Assembly: GCF_036588685.1 (NCBI RefSeq)
Contig: NC_086383.1
Coordinates: 17,298,001-17,362,000 of the forward strand
DNA: 64,000 nucleotides
DNA from: Mytilus trossulus
Taxonomy: Eukaryota
Direction of reading: 5' to 3'
Numbering within the stretch: the stretch's first letter is position 1; every line of letters begins with the position of its first letter. A model generated the notes under the pieces. The model was not told the DNA's origin, did not search any database, and was given only the letters and a program-made list of their open reading frames with translations. Below are positions 1 through 14,201 of this stretch, in pieces. A program made the position numbers and the translations under genes.

Positions 1-188
1 GTCATATAACTTACTTTGACATTTCAAAAACCCGTAGGAGTGAGAGAAGTTTCCGTTCACACTTTTGTCACAAACATGTTTGTTCTTTTTCTCTACTATA
101 AGATGCATAGTAAAACCGACCTTCTGAAAAAATTAGCACCTTTGCTATCAGCTATTTTTTTGTTACTTTTATGAATGAAATTTTATCC

Positions 189-234
189 AGCCAATCAGTG
201 TTGGATAAAGAATCTTGTTATCCAATCAAATTGG
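189..234 (+). promoter_or_regulatory. Putative hb proximal promoter with tandem CCAAT (NF-Y) boxes
   Basis: AGCCAATCAG at 189-198, a second CCAAT at 222 (31 bp spacing) and an inverted ATTGG at 230, about 180 bp upstream of a strong GTAAGT donor at 407. Function is inferred. Confidence 0.4.
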
Positions 235-368
235 ACTCTGAACTTATATGAATGAAAGTGTAGTAAAACCTAAGTCTGTAGTACGGTATAGTAACAAGTT
301 GTGAAGTTGTTTAGAGACAAACAAACAGCCTAAGTGTCATCGACTTAAACAATTGCTTGAACATTCTG

Positions 369-406
369 ATGCCATCGTATTTCATTTATAGGAAGTTTAC
401 TAAAAT
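369..406 (+). CDS. hb: hunchback putative coding exon 1 (start at ATG 369, or split AT|G at 405-406 + 11012)
   Basis: Exon ends ...CTAAAAT|GTAAGT. Exon 2 begins with a phase-2 G, so splicing gives AAA-AT|G-GCC-GAC (M-A-D-T-V...) in a good Kozak context. An in-frame ATG at 369 (MPSYFIYRKFTKM) is also possible; in-frame TAG at 312. Confidence 0.55.
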
Positions 407-3400
407 GTAAGTTGTAAATTGTTATCTTTAATTTGTGCACGCTTGCAGTGCATCAACGGACAGTGATTTCAAACTTCTGTTTTTGAAGACAATACAAAAA
501 ACAATTGAGTCGATTTCACAAAATACTTACAACTAAGATTGACTTAGATTTGTTGTAAGTTTTTTTGTGAAACAGACATGAATTTTTCCGGCTGTAAAAG
601 TCACTAGATTACATATGTTTTCCTTAAGCTGTATTAATATAGAATAGACATAAATGTTGAGTTCCACATTTGATGGAGCAGAATATGTTTACCCTTCATG
701 ATGATAGAATGTAACTCATTGTTTCAAGGGTATTACTTTTGTCTCCTGTTAAAATTTTCTTTGTATATCTAATGCTTCTACTCACCTTTTTATTATGTTT
801 ATGTGTTTATTATTGTCTGTTTGATAATTATCTCCCCTTAATTTCATATTTTAAAGGGAAGTAATTGATTAACATTCCACAATTTCTTTCAATGGGGAAA
901 AAAGGTTTAGCCAGTTGCACTGCTATGACAATTGAAATGTATTGACTGAAACATAAACATATATGCATCTATTGGTATTTAATGGGAGTATAGTTGCACT
1001 GGTTTGATTTTTTTTTGGCTGACACGTTTTTGTTAAAGAGTTGTTGTTTTAGTGATGTATGTCGTTTTGAGGTGTCAATCCTGGTCAAATTTTCTTCAAT
1101 AATTTGTTTAATTAATCATTTCGTATCACACTTGATATGTGATATTATAATCATAAGGTGTGGTGTTAATGAAACTTGTGAATGAATTTTTTAATGAAAA
1201 TGTGTGAATGAATTTTCAAGAAAACTTGTCAAATGGATTTGTTAATGAAAAAACGTGAATGGATTTTTACATCAAAACTTGTGATGGACTTTTTTTACCC
1301 AATGAGAGTCATGCTTTTGGCAATTGAAATAATGGCTGAAATATAAACATTTAAATATCTTTCGTGTTGTTGTGTCGTTGGTTTGCTGTCAAGTGAGAGT
1401 GTATATGCTGTATCTTTTTGGGTCATATTTTCTTAATTTCTTTTTTTTCAATTGATCTTAATTGTTTTTTGAAATATGGAATTTGTTTTAATGAAAATTA
1501 AAGCATTATTAAATTAGTATTCAAATTGAGGTTGTGAATTTTCTTTTTTTTGAAAATCTCCATTGTCTGAATGGCTTTAATAAATTTGTCCAAAAGACAT
1601 TTTTACTGGACATTTAAACCACATCAAATACAAAAATATTGATGTCGGCTCTTTTAAACCTGTTAGCAGTGTTTTTATCATAAACGTTTTTATCATACAC
1701 AATGACACCTGACCAATGGGATGGTCACAACAAACCTTAGGTTCTATTGATCTCGGCCTTTAATCATAGCTACAGTTTTACATATTATTCAATTTTTGTT
1801 TGCTCAACATTGATTAAATAAAATAGTTGCTAAGAAAAATGTTGTTTGCGACCCTTTTAATTAGCGGCATTGAATAGAGGTAATACAAAAAATCTGATGG
1901 CATATTTACTTATTTAAATATGTTTTTCATATCAATGTTTGCATTTGTGATTTTCAGTTATGCAATATTTTATGTGATAAAATAAAAAGGGTCAAAAGTT
2001 TAATGATAATGAGAAAAAAGTCAAAAGGTGGGCTAATATTTAAAGGTAAAATTACATATGAATAGATAATGAATTAAGTGAGAAAAATACCTGAGTTTTT
2101 AACATGAATACGAAATTTCAAATGTCATTGAATAATATTTCCAAATGGGCTTTGAAGATGAAATTAAGTGCAAAATATCGTAAATTTGAAAAAAAAGAAG
2201 AAAGGTTATGATAATAATTTTGACATATTAGATATAAACAGAAACTTAATGAATTTCTAGTAAAAACATTGGATTTGAATATTATATGAAACAGAAAAAT
2301 CATCTTAAGGGAACTAATTTTATTTCACAAATTATAATATTGATTAAATGGTTAAGGTGGATTTTGAGTGATACTGAAAGAAGGTCATTCTGTATTTAAT
2401 ATAAAAAAAACATCTTGTAAAATATAACTTTAAAAAAAAAATGTGTATATAAATTTTTTAGACCCACCCCTCCCAACGAAAACTCTTTATTGATCAGTGG
2501 AGATTGCGCAATCTTCAACCTCAGCATCCAGAATGATAAACATCTTTGTAAACCTGGGAAAGGCAGATTGATCTTTATGTATGAGTAAACATTGACCATA
2601 TGTTTAATTATGTTTTCTTCCTCAAAGAAAAAACCTCTGGTCAACATATTCTGTTTTTCTTGACCAGTGCTTATGTAAGGAAGGCGAGGAGGCTCTGTTG
2701 AGGGATATATAAAAAAAAAAAAAAGTCTGAAATGCAATAAAAAAAAAAAATTCTATGTTTTTTCCCTGATTTTTTTATATTCAATTTGCAACAAAAAGCA
2801 AAACAAATCATTTCGTCAGTATTACATGTAATTAGAAAAAAGTAAGAATTTATAAAGCACTTTTTTTTACAGAAAAGTACAAAGGATAAATTAATTAAAT
2901 TGAATTTTATTGTCCCCCTCCTTTAATATCCCCCTCGTAATGTATTTTATGAAGCCCCCCTTCCCCTTTAATATCCCCTAATAATCATCAAATTCTAAAT
3001 GCAATTCTAAGTGAAGTTTTACTGATAAGGACCCACTAACTTAACATGAGTCTTTTTTCACAAATATATATAGAGATTGACCATTGGTCAGTGTGTTGAT
3101 AAGATAATAATGAAAGGTCGTAACTGTTTTAGTTAGTTAATATTTACTTATGGGCCGGTCAGGACAGTTTTAAGGGAAAAAAGAAGCTGAGGTTTTTTTT
3201 ATTTGTGAGAAATGAAGGCTGCAATGATCACACTACCAGAAGAAAATACATTTGGGTAAGACCATTTCTTAATTATGTCATAATTTGCAATTAACAGAGA
3301 TAGTAGGTAGAGAGATTTTTACCTGTGAGGAATGCCTGTTAAAAGGTTTATTGATTTTATAGTGGTCAGCTTGACCTCTAGGTTTTAAAAATTATGGCCA

Positions 3401-5372
3401 TTTGTTTGCTTAGTTTTTATGAGGGCTGTTTTATTGCTTAACATCTAGAACATGTTGGGGGTTCATTTCGTCTTTTAAAATCTTGGATGTTTGTATTAAA
3501 AGTAATCGGGATTTTAGATTGTAATTTTAAAGCCAGTGGTTGTTGTTATAAAATAGTCATTATATACAACCCAGGAAAGATGACTCGAAAAACGATTATT
3601 TCATTGCAGCTGTATTTTTTTAATGAATTTATTATGCATAAAATATGTAAAAAATTATTGGCGTATTGAATAAATAATAGAAAATCTGTTGCTTAACTTA
3701 GTACATATGTACTTATTTGTTATGCAAAACATTATGGTGTCCTACTTTTGTTCTTTTATCAATTATACTTATATATAATATACAGTTGAATTTGTAGATA
3801 CAAAAATTTAAAGCATTTCGAAAGTGCACTTAAACATTTTACAACTTTAGGTACATACTATAACTTACTTAAACAATTACTCCTAATTTGTTTTGATGAC
3901 TTATATCTTTAAGGTAACAAGTACTGTTAAAAAAATCTGAAATTAATTATGCATTTTTGAATATTTCTCAAAATGACACTTTACCCAGATTGATTTGGAA
4001 AAGGGGGCGTTTATTATGCAAAAATGAATTGACACTTGCAGTAAAAGACTATTCATACCCTAATTTAACAATGCGCACACAAAAACCAAACTAAAAAGAA
4101 AAAGTTTTTAAAATAATAAAGCATTATGTTTTAACAATGGAAGCAGTGCATTTGATTATACTAACATACGCTGAGTTTGATTAAAGGTGGGATTGCATTT
4201 GTTATATTAAAGGAATAAATAATTACGGTATAATTCAATGAGAAAGGAATTATACAACAGGTACAAAAAATGAAGAAAAATTTAAGAATATGAAAAAGAG
4301 GCTTAAATTTAGAAAATTTCTAACTTTCATTTATCTCATTAAAAGATGTATCAAAACTACTCTATGTGAAGATTACTATTTAAAACAAAGAAAATAAGCT
4401 GTCCTAATTAATTGTTTTCTTTGTTTTTAACAATTTCCTGTTTAATTCCCCAGTGAGAGATTTTCCAACCACTTAATGCACTCAAGCCTTTTTGTATGTT
4501 AATAATATAACTTAATGACCAACTCTTATCTATGGCTTGCCTTTTGACCCAAATATTTATTACATAACTGGTCAAGAGGAAAAATGTAAAGGCAGCTGTA
4601 TTATCAACAAAACTCTCATAAATACATAGATTTCTAAGTAAATAAGTTGTGTCATTAGTGGGGCTCAGTGAAGGGGTTTGCAATATTAATTGATGGGGAA
4701 AAGATAGGGAAAGACTGGCAGAAATTTAACAAAGCTGATATCAGTATTAGGGATAATATTCTTTGTAAAGAAGATATAAACTTTTTAAGTAGGGTTTAAG
4801 GGCTGCTATTTATAATTTTATATACAGGGAAGATTTTGGTCAGTTATTTAAGTGCTTGAAAGTTTTTTGTTAATGAATTTTTTATCTAAAGTTGCTGATC
4901 TGTAAAATTGATAATTTTAATAAAGTTGTTAAAGATTTTTGAATGAATTTTTGAAAAAAGACGTGTTTGTAGTCAAAATAAAATTATCCCTATCAATGTA
5001 AAAGCAATGTGATATTTGTTTGCTAAAGGAAAACATGTGAGGCATAATTTTGTGAGTTTTATATAAAAGAGTTAAAAACAACAAAATTAACAGGTGTTTT
5101 ATTTTCCTCTATGGACAGGTTAAGTCTGAGTGGAGGGGTTCTGATAATAGATAAAATAGAATATTTTTTTATCTTCAAAAGTCCCCTTTACACTGATCAA
5201 ATTTCAAAAATGGGTTTCAAAATTTACAACAAGTCATTACATGAACATATCTATGCTTAAACAGACCAATCTTCAATGTATGTACACTAAGTCTTGAGTT
5301 TTATAACTTTTTTTAGATAAAGTAGATAGGGGGGTGGGTCACTGATGATAAACAAATTTATCTTATTTTTAT

Positions 5373-6135
5373 CGGTGCATTACGTTTGCGCGCATTACCA
5401 TTACATTTGCGCGCAAAAATCATTACGTTTGCGCGCAGCTTTCCATTACATTTGCGCGCATTTTTTTGGCAGGTAAACTCAGGTAAAATACAGGTAATAA
5501 TGCTTATTTATCTATTAATTTGTTGAATTATTTATAAGTATCAGTACCCCTTCCGTTAGTCTTAGTATGTTGTCTCTATGAAACATTCCCCATTTCCATT
5601 CTTAATGTTATCATAAGGCACATATTTTGAAAGTATTCAATCAGTAATTTTTTAGGGAAAATACAGGTAGTAATGCTTATTTATCTATTAATTTGTTCAA
5701 TTATTTACAGGTATCAGTACCCCTTCCTTTAGTATAAGTTTCATAAGGCAGGGAAAAAAGAGATAAAACCGCAGATTTGTTTTCGATTTTCAGACACATT
5801 TCAATAAGTGTATGCAAAATTTTAAGAAAATCCGTGAAAAGCCCACTCATATATTGTAACATGACCTTAAGCTTTAACGGAGTTTTTACTTGCTTTTATA
5901 ATTCAATATGAACAGTATATAATTTGACTGATAAACAGATAAACAAACTTTTTTAAAATTAATAATTGATTAATATGAAAATACAAAAAAAAATAGTTAT
6001 TTATAACTTAATATAATTTTTATTTATACTTTTACCTGAGATTACCTGTAAAATAAATGCGCGCAAATGTAATCAAAAGCTGCGTGCAAACGTAAAATAT
6101 TTTAATCCCCAAATGCGCGCAAACGTAGTGCGCCC
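5373..6135. mobile_element. Non-autonomous DNA transposon (MITE, hAT-like 8-bp TSD) in hb intron 1
   Basis: TIRs GGTGCATTACGTTTGCGCGCA / TGCGCGCAAACGTAGTGCGCC, multiple subterminal TTACRTTTGCGCGCA repeats, identical 8-bp flanks ATTTTTAT (5365-5372, 6136-6143). Confidence 0.8.
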
Positions 6136-9100
6136 ATTTTTATGAGGTTCAAGTATCGTATTTAATCTTTAAAGTATTTTTATGGGAAAGAAGTTAAAAA
6201 CTAAACATATGGTCATTTTATTAAGTCGTGACATCAATGTGGTTGCAATGTTATATTTGTTTTTTCAAATAATTTTCCTTAATCAAATTGAGGTGCAACA
6301 ATTTACGAATAAGTTTGAGGTCATTGAGTTTATCACAGTTTTCAGTGAATGATTTGCACAAAATTCTCTTTTAATTTTAAAATCATTGTTTTCAGTGAAC
6401 CCCTATTTTGTGAGGGTGAGGCTTATAATCTTCGAATTCTTTTTCTGTCTTTTTTTCTATTTTTTTTTCTTCTTCCAAACATTGCAACTGGTTGTAAAAA
6501 ACATAAGTTATTTCTCTGCTTTTGGTCATAAATGAGAGTTGTCTTCGCTTTTTTTATTTTCTACATAAAGTTATCATTAATAAAATATTATGACTGCTGT
6601 TTTGAATGTCAAAGGACCTTCAAAGTATTTTTTGAAAAAAAATCTTGATAATTCCTAAATTTATGCATTTTCTTTTTTAAAGGCAAAACATATTCCTCTG
6701 CTCTAGAAGTTTGCATTGTTTAAAAGTTACACAAAAATGAGAATACAGATATCAGCAGCATGAATAGAATTGTACGTTTCATTCTATGCCCACAATAGTT
6801 TTCCAACTGTATATTATCTATAATAATATATGTCAGTTCCAAAAGTTAAGACCTTTCTACATGAACCAGGGCATAAAGTGTTAAGTTCCCAACCTTTCCC
6901 AATACTTAAGTATTTTTATGGGAACAAAATGGAAAATACAATGTGTCGTCAAGTTCAAGCCAGCCTAGTTTTGTCAAAAGACAGATAAGATACTCATTGT
7001 AATAAGTACCATGTATTCATTTTTATTTCTCATTATTGATTTTACTAAAACAAAGAATGAATTCAGCAAAATTGCTCTCAGATATTCGCAGAGAATTGCT
7101 TGAATTTTTGAAGTAAGTTCTGATAATTTTTATTTCTAACAATATATTTTTCATGATAAAAAGTATGTTTTGATCTGGCTGCCTGTCTGTCTGTTACTCA
7201 TGTTTATTTATTTTATCAACATTTTGATCAGGCTATTAGAGATTTCTAAAATCATATACTAATTCTATTTCTGAAATCTACTTTTACCCCCTTGACATCA
7301 GTGTCATATTTAAGACTTATGCAGGTTCCAGTGGCAATAAAAAAATGCTGAAGGTTTACCATTGGATACAAGATTGATTGGTAAAAATATGATTTGCAGA
7401 GTTATCTTTCCTTTAAAGAAGATCTTGATCAATGAATTTAGATATATAGTAATACATTATAATTTCTTTAATCTAGTTAATACCCCTGTATTTTATACTG
7501 CCTTTAAAAACATGACAAAATCTAAGATAGTTTTCTTTGGAAAATATTTTCTCACGATTTAAAAAATTTCCTTTGAGATTTAAAATTATTCTCCGGAAAG
7601 TTTCATTATATTTCGCCTACTTTTATATTACTTAGAACGAGAATTAATTTCCTTTTCTATTATATTAAAAGACATGTTATTCATTTTACTTTTTATTAAA
7701 TACAAATATTTTCTTTTTAATCTTGCTCTTTTGAAAGAATTCACTTTGCGTCTTATTTTTCGATATTTTTTGTTAACAGTACAACAATAAATGTAACAAA
7801 ACCAGGTGTTAGTATGTAAAATATATTTTCATTTCTTTTTTCTCGCCATTTCTCATTCTCGAACAATTACGATTGTATGCTGGTGTGACCAACCATAGGG
7901 AGTGTCAAAAAAGTATTAAAAACATCTTTAATTTAGTTGAAATGAAAATTATTGCATTCCTTTATTGGTATCCTCAATAACAATCTATGCAGAAAAGTTT
8001 TTTATGCGGGAATTTTTTTTCATCTTATTATTTCAATTGTATGACCCATCGACAAAGGTAATAAATAAACAGTTATCGGAGTATTTATATTAAATCCCAT
8101 ACAATAATATTTTTTACTTTGAATATATAGGAAAAGAGACATTAGATTTTCATCGAAGCAATATGTTGTTTTTCTTTTTTCCGAGGTCTTTTGAGTGTAA
8201 GATTAAATGAGCATTAGCTATTGGTTTTTTATAATACAATTGCGGAGGATAAAAGGCTTGATTTTTATATCTTTACCAATAAGAACGTAAAAAGGCTGAT
8301 ATAAAATTGAATTCACGTTGGAGCCTGTTTAATGTTGGTCATCTCACAAGTTTTGTGGCCAAGTCACAAAAACGTTTACTGATAACGATGTTAGAACACA
8401 GAAAAAGAAACAAATTTGTCAAGGATAGGCCTAGTTTAAATGTCGAAAAAACTAGATAACGATAAAAACTAGTTACCTTTGTTTAATACATTTAGTAGTT
8501 TGTACGTAGGTCAAAGTTTGGATTTTATTTATCAGGTAAGACATCAGCTAGATCAATCAATTTTGATCATTTATTCGTATTTTTTAATTTGAGGTATGTT
8601 TTTTAATTAAATATTCAATTGTATATACTCATGTTTTTAAATAATTTTTGTCATTAAGTAATATAATCTTATTGACATCAAAGTTGAATCATGCAAATAA
8701 ACTTGGTGAATTTAAAAATAAAATATTTTACAATTCGTTATGATGCATAATGTTACTGATTCAGTTACGGAATCTGTATTTAGATGTAATTCTCTGTTCT
8801 GTAAGAATATCAGAATTGATTTTGAAATAGAGTTATGTCCCTGTAATGGCAATATATAAGTACATGTAATGTATAATTTGCACAAGTTTTTGTAAATATA
8901 AAAAAAAAAAAATTCCAATCATAAGTAAAGACGGTAGTAGTCTATGATTATGTTGGAGTTTTTTTTGTTATGATATTTTTTAATGTGGATCAATTTTTAG
9001 TTTTATATGAAATAGTTTGATTTCCAATCAGTGTTTTACCTTCTTTGACTTTTATTTAAATATACCTGGTCCATTTAGATGAAAGTACCCTCAGTATTGC

Positions 9101-9650
9101 CTTAGGGATCTAGTGTTGGGGCATTGTGAAATAGGACTATGGTCAAAATTTAAGGCAAAGGAACAGTACTTTGATTGCTGTTCTTCATCTTAAAGTCACA
9201 GTGAGATCTTCAACAAGGAGCAAAATATGAATTTTTGATAAAGGAAAATATATTTTCAATGTTTTCCCATACCATCCCAATTTGCAAACTAAAGTAAGAG
9301 GCCTACTTGGTGTTCAAGTTACATGATGTCTTGTGCCTGGTAGGTTACTGGGTCATAAAACGGAAAGTAAAAGTAGACATATGAGATGTTAAAAGGCAAG
9401 GAAAATAATTCTTTTCATCTTTGTGTCTTTCCTTACATTTTATGGCAGATAAATTATGCTGGTAACCATGGTAACTAAATGAAGGCAAAAAATATTTTCT
9501 CTGATCAATTTTGTTCTTTGTTTTATATGGTGCTAAGACTGTTATAACACATGTGTTATAGTATGGTCTGGCATGGTGGTTTGGTTGAAAACAAGACTAA
9601 AATATAAAATGAGGAGTTGGTTCTTATGATGACCTCCAAATTTAAGAATT

Positions 9651-10042
9651 TTTCGGTCATCAATTTATCACTGCATGTGTTCTTCTGAAACCTTAAAAAA
9701 CAAGGTTTCTTTTATAGACGATACATTGGTATCTACTGCGTTGGCGATTCCCTTACTGAGAAGTTATATTTGTCGCAAAGTGTAAATATATATCCATTAA
9801 ACTATATATAGACAATTTTTTAAAAGGGAGTGACATTTGTTTTATATATATTACACTGTTTTTTCATTTTCTTTTTAATAATTTTGGACGTCTACTGCTG
9901 TTTATATTTACACCTTTTGACAAATTAAACTTTCGCAGGCAGAGTTTCTCGCCAACGCAATAAATGCCAATGTATCGGTATATATATAAAAACTTGTTTT
10001 ATAAGGATACAGAAGAAAACAGCGATAACTTGTTGACAGAAA
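9651..10042. repeat. Old fold-back element (imperfect ~140-bp inverted arms)
   Basis: 9651-9790 is the degenerate reverse complement of ~9903-10042 (e.g. GATACATTGG...TGCGTTGGCGA versus TCGCCAACGCA...CCAATGTATC). Confidence 0.65.
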
Positions 10043-11011
10043 GTTGATTTCCGAAACTGACTTTATCTTCAGTGTGGATTTAAGTGCTTGAAGAGCAATT
10101 GTTTCTTTTTAAGTGTTTAGATCTTAAATTTTTTATGGGTTAAAACTCAAGTACGTTGGATGACAAAAAAGGTTGTTTAATCTTAGCCGCTCTGTGTTTT
10201 ATAAGCTTTGTGAACACTTGATATAAAATTTGAACCAGTGAAGTCTTGGAGTACTAAATAGCCTTAACTTGAAATGGCGGGTATGTAAAAGAATATTTTC
10301 AAACATTTTTTTTAATGTTTTTTTTTTCATATACATGTAATCATTTATCGCATTCTCATGTATTTTACACCTGTTAGAATATAGCTTTTTCTCACAGTAA
10401 ATTTGTACCACAAATATTTTTTGATGACTAAGATGTGCTTTGTTTGGTTTCCAGTTTTTTTTTTCAAAACTGAAGGTTCATCTGAACACCTGTTTTATAC
10501 TATAACGTCAAAGTCAACAACCACTTACCTAAAAGAACTTAGAACAGGATATGTCATGGTACAATCAGGATCTGAAATTTTTTGATAATTTTTCGTTTGT
10601 ACCTCTTCTCCACGAGGCTGACTTTAATTGTTTTGTACCTTAATGAGTTGAGGCTGAATTTAGTCCCCTCTGACATTGTAATACCATGATACTTTTAAGA
10701 AGGTAGAGAAAATAATGTTAAGATTTGTTCCTTGTTCAAATGTGTGAGCCTTAGCAAGGGTTACTTCCCTTGTTTTGAAATTATTAAATGATGCTTTGGT
10801 TTGTTCCAATTATATTTCAATTGGAACAAAATTTAGTTCATATGTGAGCGGAATTTGCAAGGGTTATTTCCCTTTCTTAAATTTAGTTATTCGGCTTTTA
10901 CATTCTGTAAAGGACCAAAAGGATGGTGAATTTTTCTTGGAATTAATTTAAATGAAATTTAATTTTGTAAGAGTAAGTTATTAACATATTCGTAACTTTT
11001 TTGTTTTCCAG

Positions 11012-11286
11012 GGCCGACACAGTGTCACCTCAAGTTGCAGATGTTGTTGAGAAGGTAATGTCTGAAGAGAACTCGCTGATAGAAAATCACGAAGGTTATA
11101 ATCTCTCCAACGCCAGTTTCCAGGATACCAATTCTAACTCATCTGACGATCAATCTGAATACCTGACTAACAATGTTACATCAGACTCCACAGCTACGTA
11201 CGTCAGAGATCCAAACACAGGCCACGTTACCACAATTAAGCCAGACAAAGAAGGACTTTATTTCTGCCACCTTTGCAGCTTTTCAG
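11012..11286 (+). CDS. hb: hunchback coding exon 2 (N-terminus and first half of zinc finger 1)
   Basis: Acceptor ttttttgttttccAG at 11010-11011; donor G|GTAAAT at 11287. Ends in FCHLCSFS-G, which joins exon 3 to form C-x2-C-x12-H-x3-H. Confidence 0.88.
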
Positions 11287-14009
11287 GTAAATTTTTATTA
11301 CATTACTCCTCTCTTTTTCTTCTACTGTGGATTCAATTAAAGTAGTGGGCCTTCAAATTTTTGTTCATTTTGGTGGTTAGGTCGAAGCACAAACTTAAAT
11401 GTTCAGCAAACTTCACATTTTCTATTGTCTAAGCGGAGAAAGACTGTGGCAAATTCCTTAAAAGATTTTTTCCTCAATCCAAGAAAAGACGTATCCACAA
11501 AAAAGCCAGAAAAAAAACCTAAAGCAACATGTACCTCACACACATGAATTTGTGAAAAATAGTTTTGTATTAAATAGGTTCATTTGACCACAATACTATA
11601 AGATCTATGGAAAAGTTGAGATACCAGAACAAAAGAAATCTGTTTAGAAAACAGAAACAAAAATAAGTTACATGTATTCAAGCATCTATAGTCTGGTGAA
11701 TATTTGCTCTTCTTTCAGAATTCCTTGAACTAATTTTCGCCTTATGAAACACATGTTGTTGCATAATACAACAAACCAGGTTTAATTTCAGCATAAAACA
11801 GGGCATGATTGTTCATTTTCCTAATCCCAGCAGTCGACTTATATTCCAAAATCATGTTAATTTTTCTTCTAATAAATGACAGTATTTTACCAAAGGGAAA
11901 AATATATAGCAGATAAAATGTTGATTTTATGCAGTTAATTCACTAACAAGAGTTCAAATGATTCCGAAATTATCCATAAAACATCAGGATGGCCATGTGG
12001 AGAGGTTAAAAATTAGGTCATAAATAGATATTGTTGTATAATGTTTGCTTGATAAAACCTTGTGAATAAACCATATGTTGAAAAACACGATATAACTTTG
12101 TAGATCACGGAAAGTACAAAAGTCACTTGGATAGAAAATTGTTGATCTTGTGATTGAGGGAAAGAAGGGAACACAAAAGAATAAGAAAAGTAGAATAAAG
12201 GAAGGGGGCACAGACAGGCTGGGTTCTTGGTGGCCCATTTATTAAGTTTTCATCAACATTAAAAGAGTTTAGGCAGCCTATTTTTCACAGATAGTGAACA
12301 CATTGATGTAAACAATGAAATACAGAAATATTTTGGTCACAAAATAAAATAAATATAACCTTTTAAAAAACTTGAAATTCTCACAGGTCAGCTTCAAGTC
12401 TAACAAATTTTTCGATGTGTAAATTTCAAATATTTAAAAAATATTTTGGTTGGTTTAATTTATTTCAAGTTAAAATTTATTTTCAGCATCAAATACAATA
12501 ACTTTATTTTTCTGAGGACAATTTTACCAATAATTCATTAGAAAGTAACTATTCATAAATCATTTACTACACATTAAAAATGTCCTCTCTCAGGAACAAT
12601 ATCATTATGCCATCATACTGACTAATATGGGTAGAAATTAATTCAAAAACAGAAATATGCGTATAAATGTTTTTGACATCTCAATGAACTCTTGATAGAG
12701 TCTAGCCCACGTACAATTTTGTAAAATTATACCACTTTGGGACCTCACTGATAACTTGAAACAAAAAGTCAATAAAAACACCTCTGACAAGGACGGGTCA
12801 ATTTCGTATTTATTAATTTATACAACATTTTTCAAGGTAGATTTGGTTTTTATAGCATAAAGCTTACTGCATGCATGTCCAAACTTAATTAAAAAAGAGC
12901 AGACCTTTTACGAGATCGGACATTTAAACGTGATATGTATAATATAAACGTACATGATCTTAATTGAAAAAGTTTGGATTTAATCATCGGAAATTCAATA
13001 GAATAAATATTTTGATCATTTTTTGAATGGTTCAGTACCGTTTAATAAAAACATTTTTTTATACCTTATTGCATTTTTGAATAGAGATGCACACAAATAA
13101 CTTAAAGAATTGTATAAAAAAAGAGATAAAAAACCAAGTCGTATGTAAACATGTTGTCGATCCACGTCTTAAACTGGGATGATAAAAAAAACTATAAGGT
13201 AATTTATTAAGATACTTTTAAATTAAACTTTTCCCTGTAAACAGATAAATTAAAACGAAAAAGCAAAGTAGATAAGAGGTCTTTTATGTATATTGTTTTA
13301 CACCAAAGGTCAAGTATGTGTATTGCTTTTTGTTTTTAAACTCAAGTAAAGTGTATGTAAGAATTGGACAATTTCTTTATGATCAAAGTTCATTATAAGC
13401 TTTTTAGCCTCTTTCACACATTCGTGAAATTATGAATAAGTTTATTCTTGTATCTCAATTGTATATTTCTACTTGTTAAGATAAGTGCAGTTGAACTGAA
13501 ATTATGACAAGGTCAAACGATAGATCAACATGTGATATTTTTTACGGTCATATTGTTTTTTGTTTTTCTGCTATCATCTTAGCATTAATTAATATATAAA
13601 CAGCAACACTTTTCCTTTTCGCAAAACACTCTGCATGAGAAAAAATACTCATGAGCTTTTATACTAGCTGTATCGCCAGCATTTTTGTGCAGAGATTTGT
13701 AGGGCTACTAATAAACCAGGAATCTCTTAATATCAATTATCTAGATTACAGCTAAGGGTCTGTTTTCAAAGACAGTTTGAAATTTAATAATTGGGTTTCT
13801 TCTTCAAATCTAAGGTAATTTCTTTGAATAATGAGCTATTTTGTCACCAAAAAAAAATTACAAAAGTTATACTGAAAGTTTCATCACTTTCTAAGATTTT
13901 TTGTGAGATTGGTAGCAGAGTTCATATAACTTTGGCTTTCTCAGATTCGACACAAGTCCATCAGTGACAAAAGAGGTGTCTGTCCATCCAAAGTATAAAT
14001 ATTATATGG

Positions 14010-14201
14010 GGGTCTCATTGGGGGGTTCCGATCCCGGATCCCGCTTACTGTTTTGTCAGATTCCCGTTTCTCATTTTTTTTCATTTCCCGGGTCCCGCAA
14101 GACCTCATTTCCCGTTTTCAGGATACAATAATTTGACTTTCCCTTGTCAAGCTTACCAAAAATCGCCAATCCCGCGTCACGCTTAGACCCCAATGAGACC
14201 C
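14010..14201. mobile_element. Short MITE in hb intron 2
   Basis: 14-bp TIR GGGTCTCATTGGGG / CCCCAATGAGACCC; internal TTCCCG repeats; GC-richer than its flanks. Confidence 0.7.
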
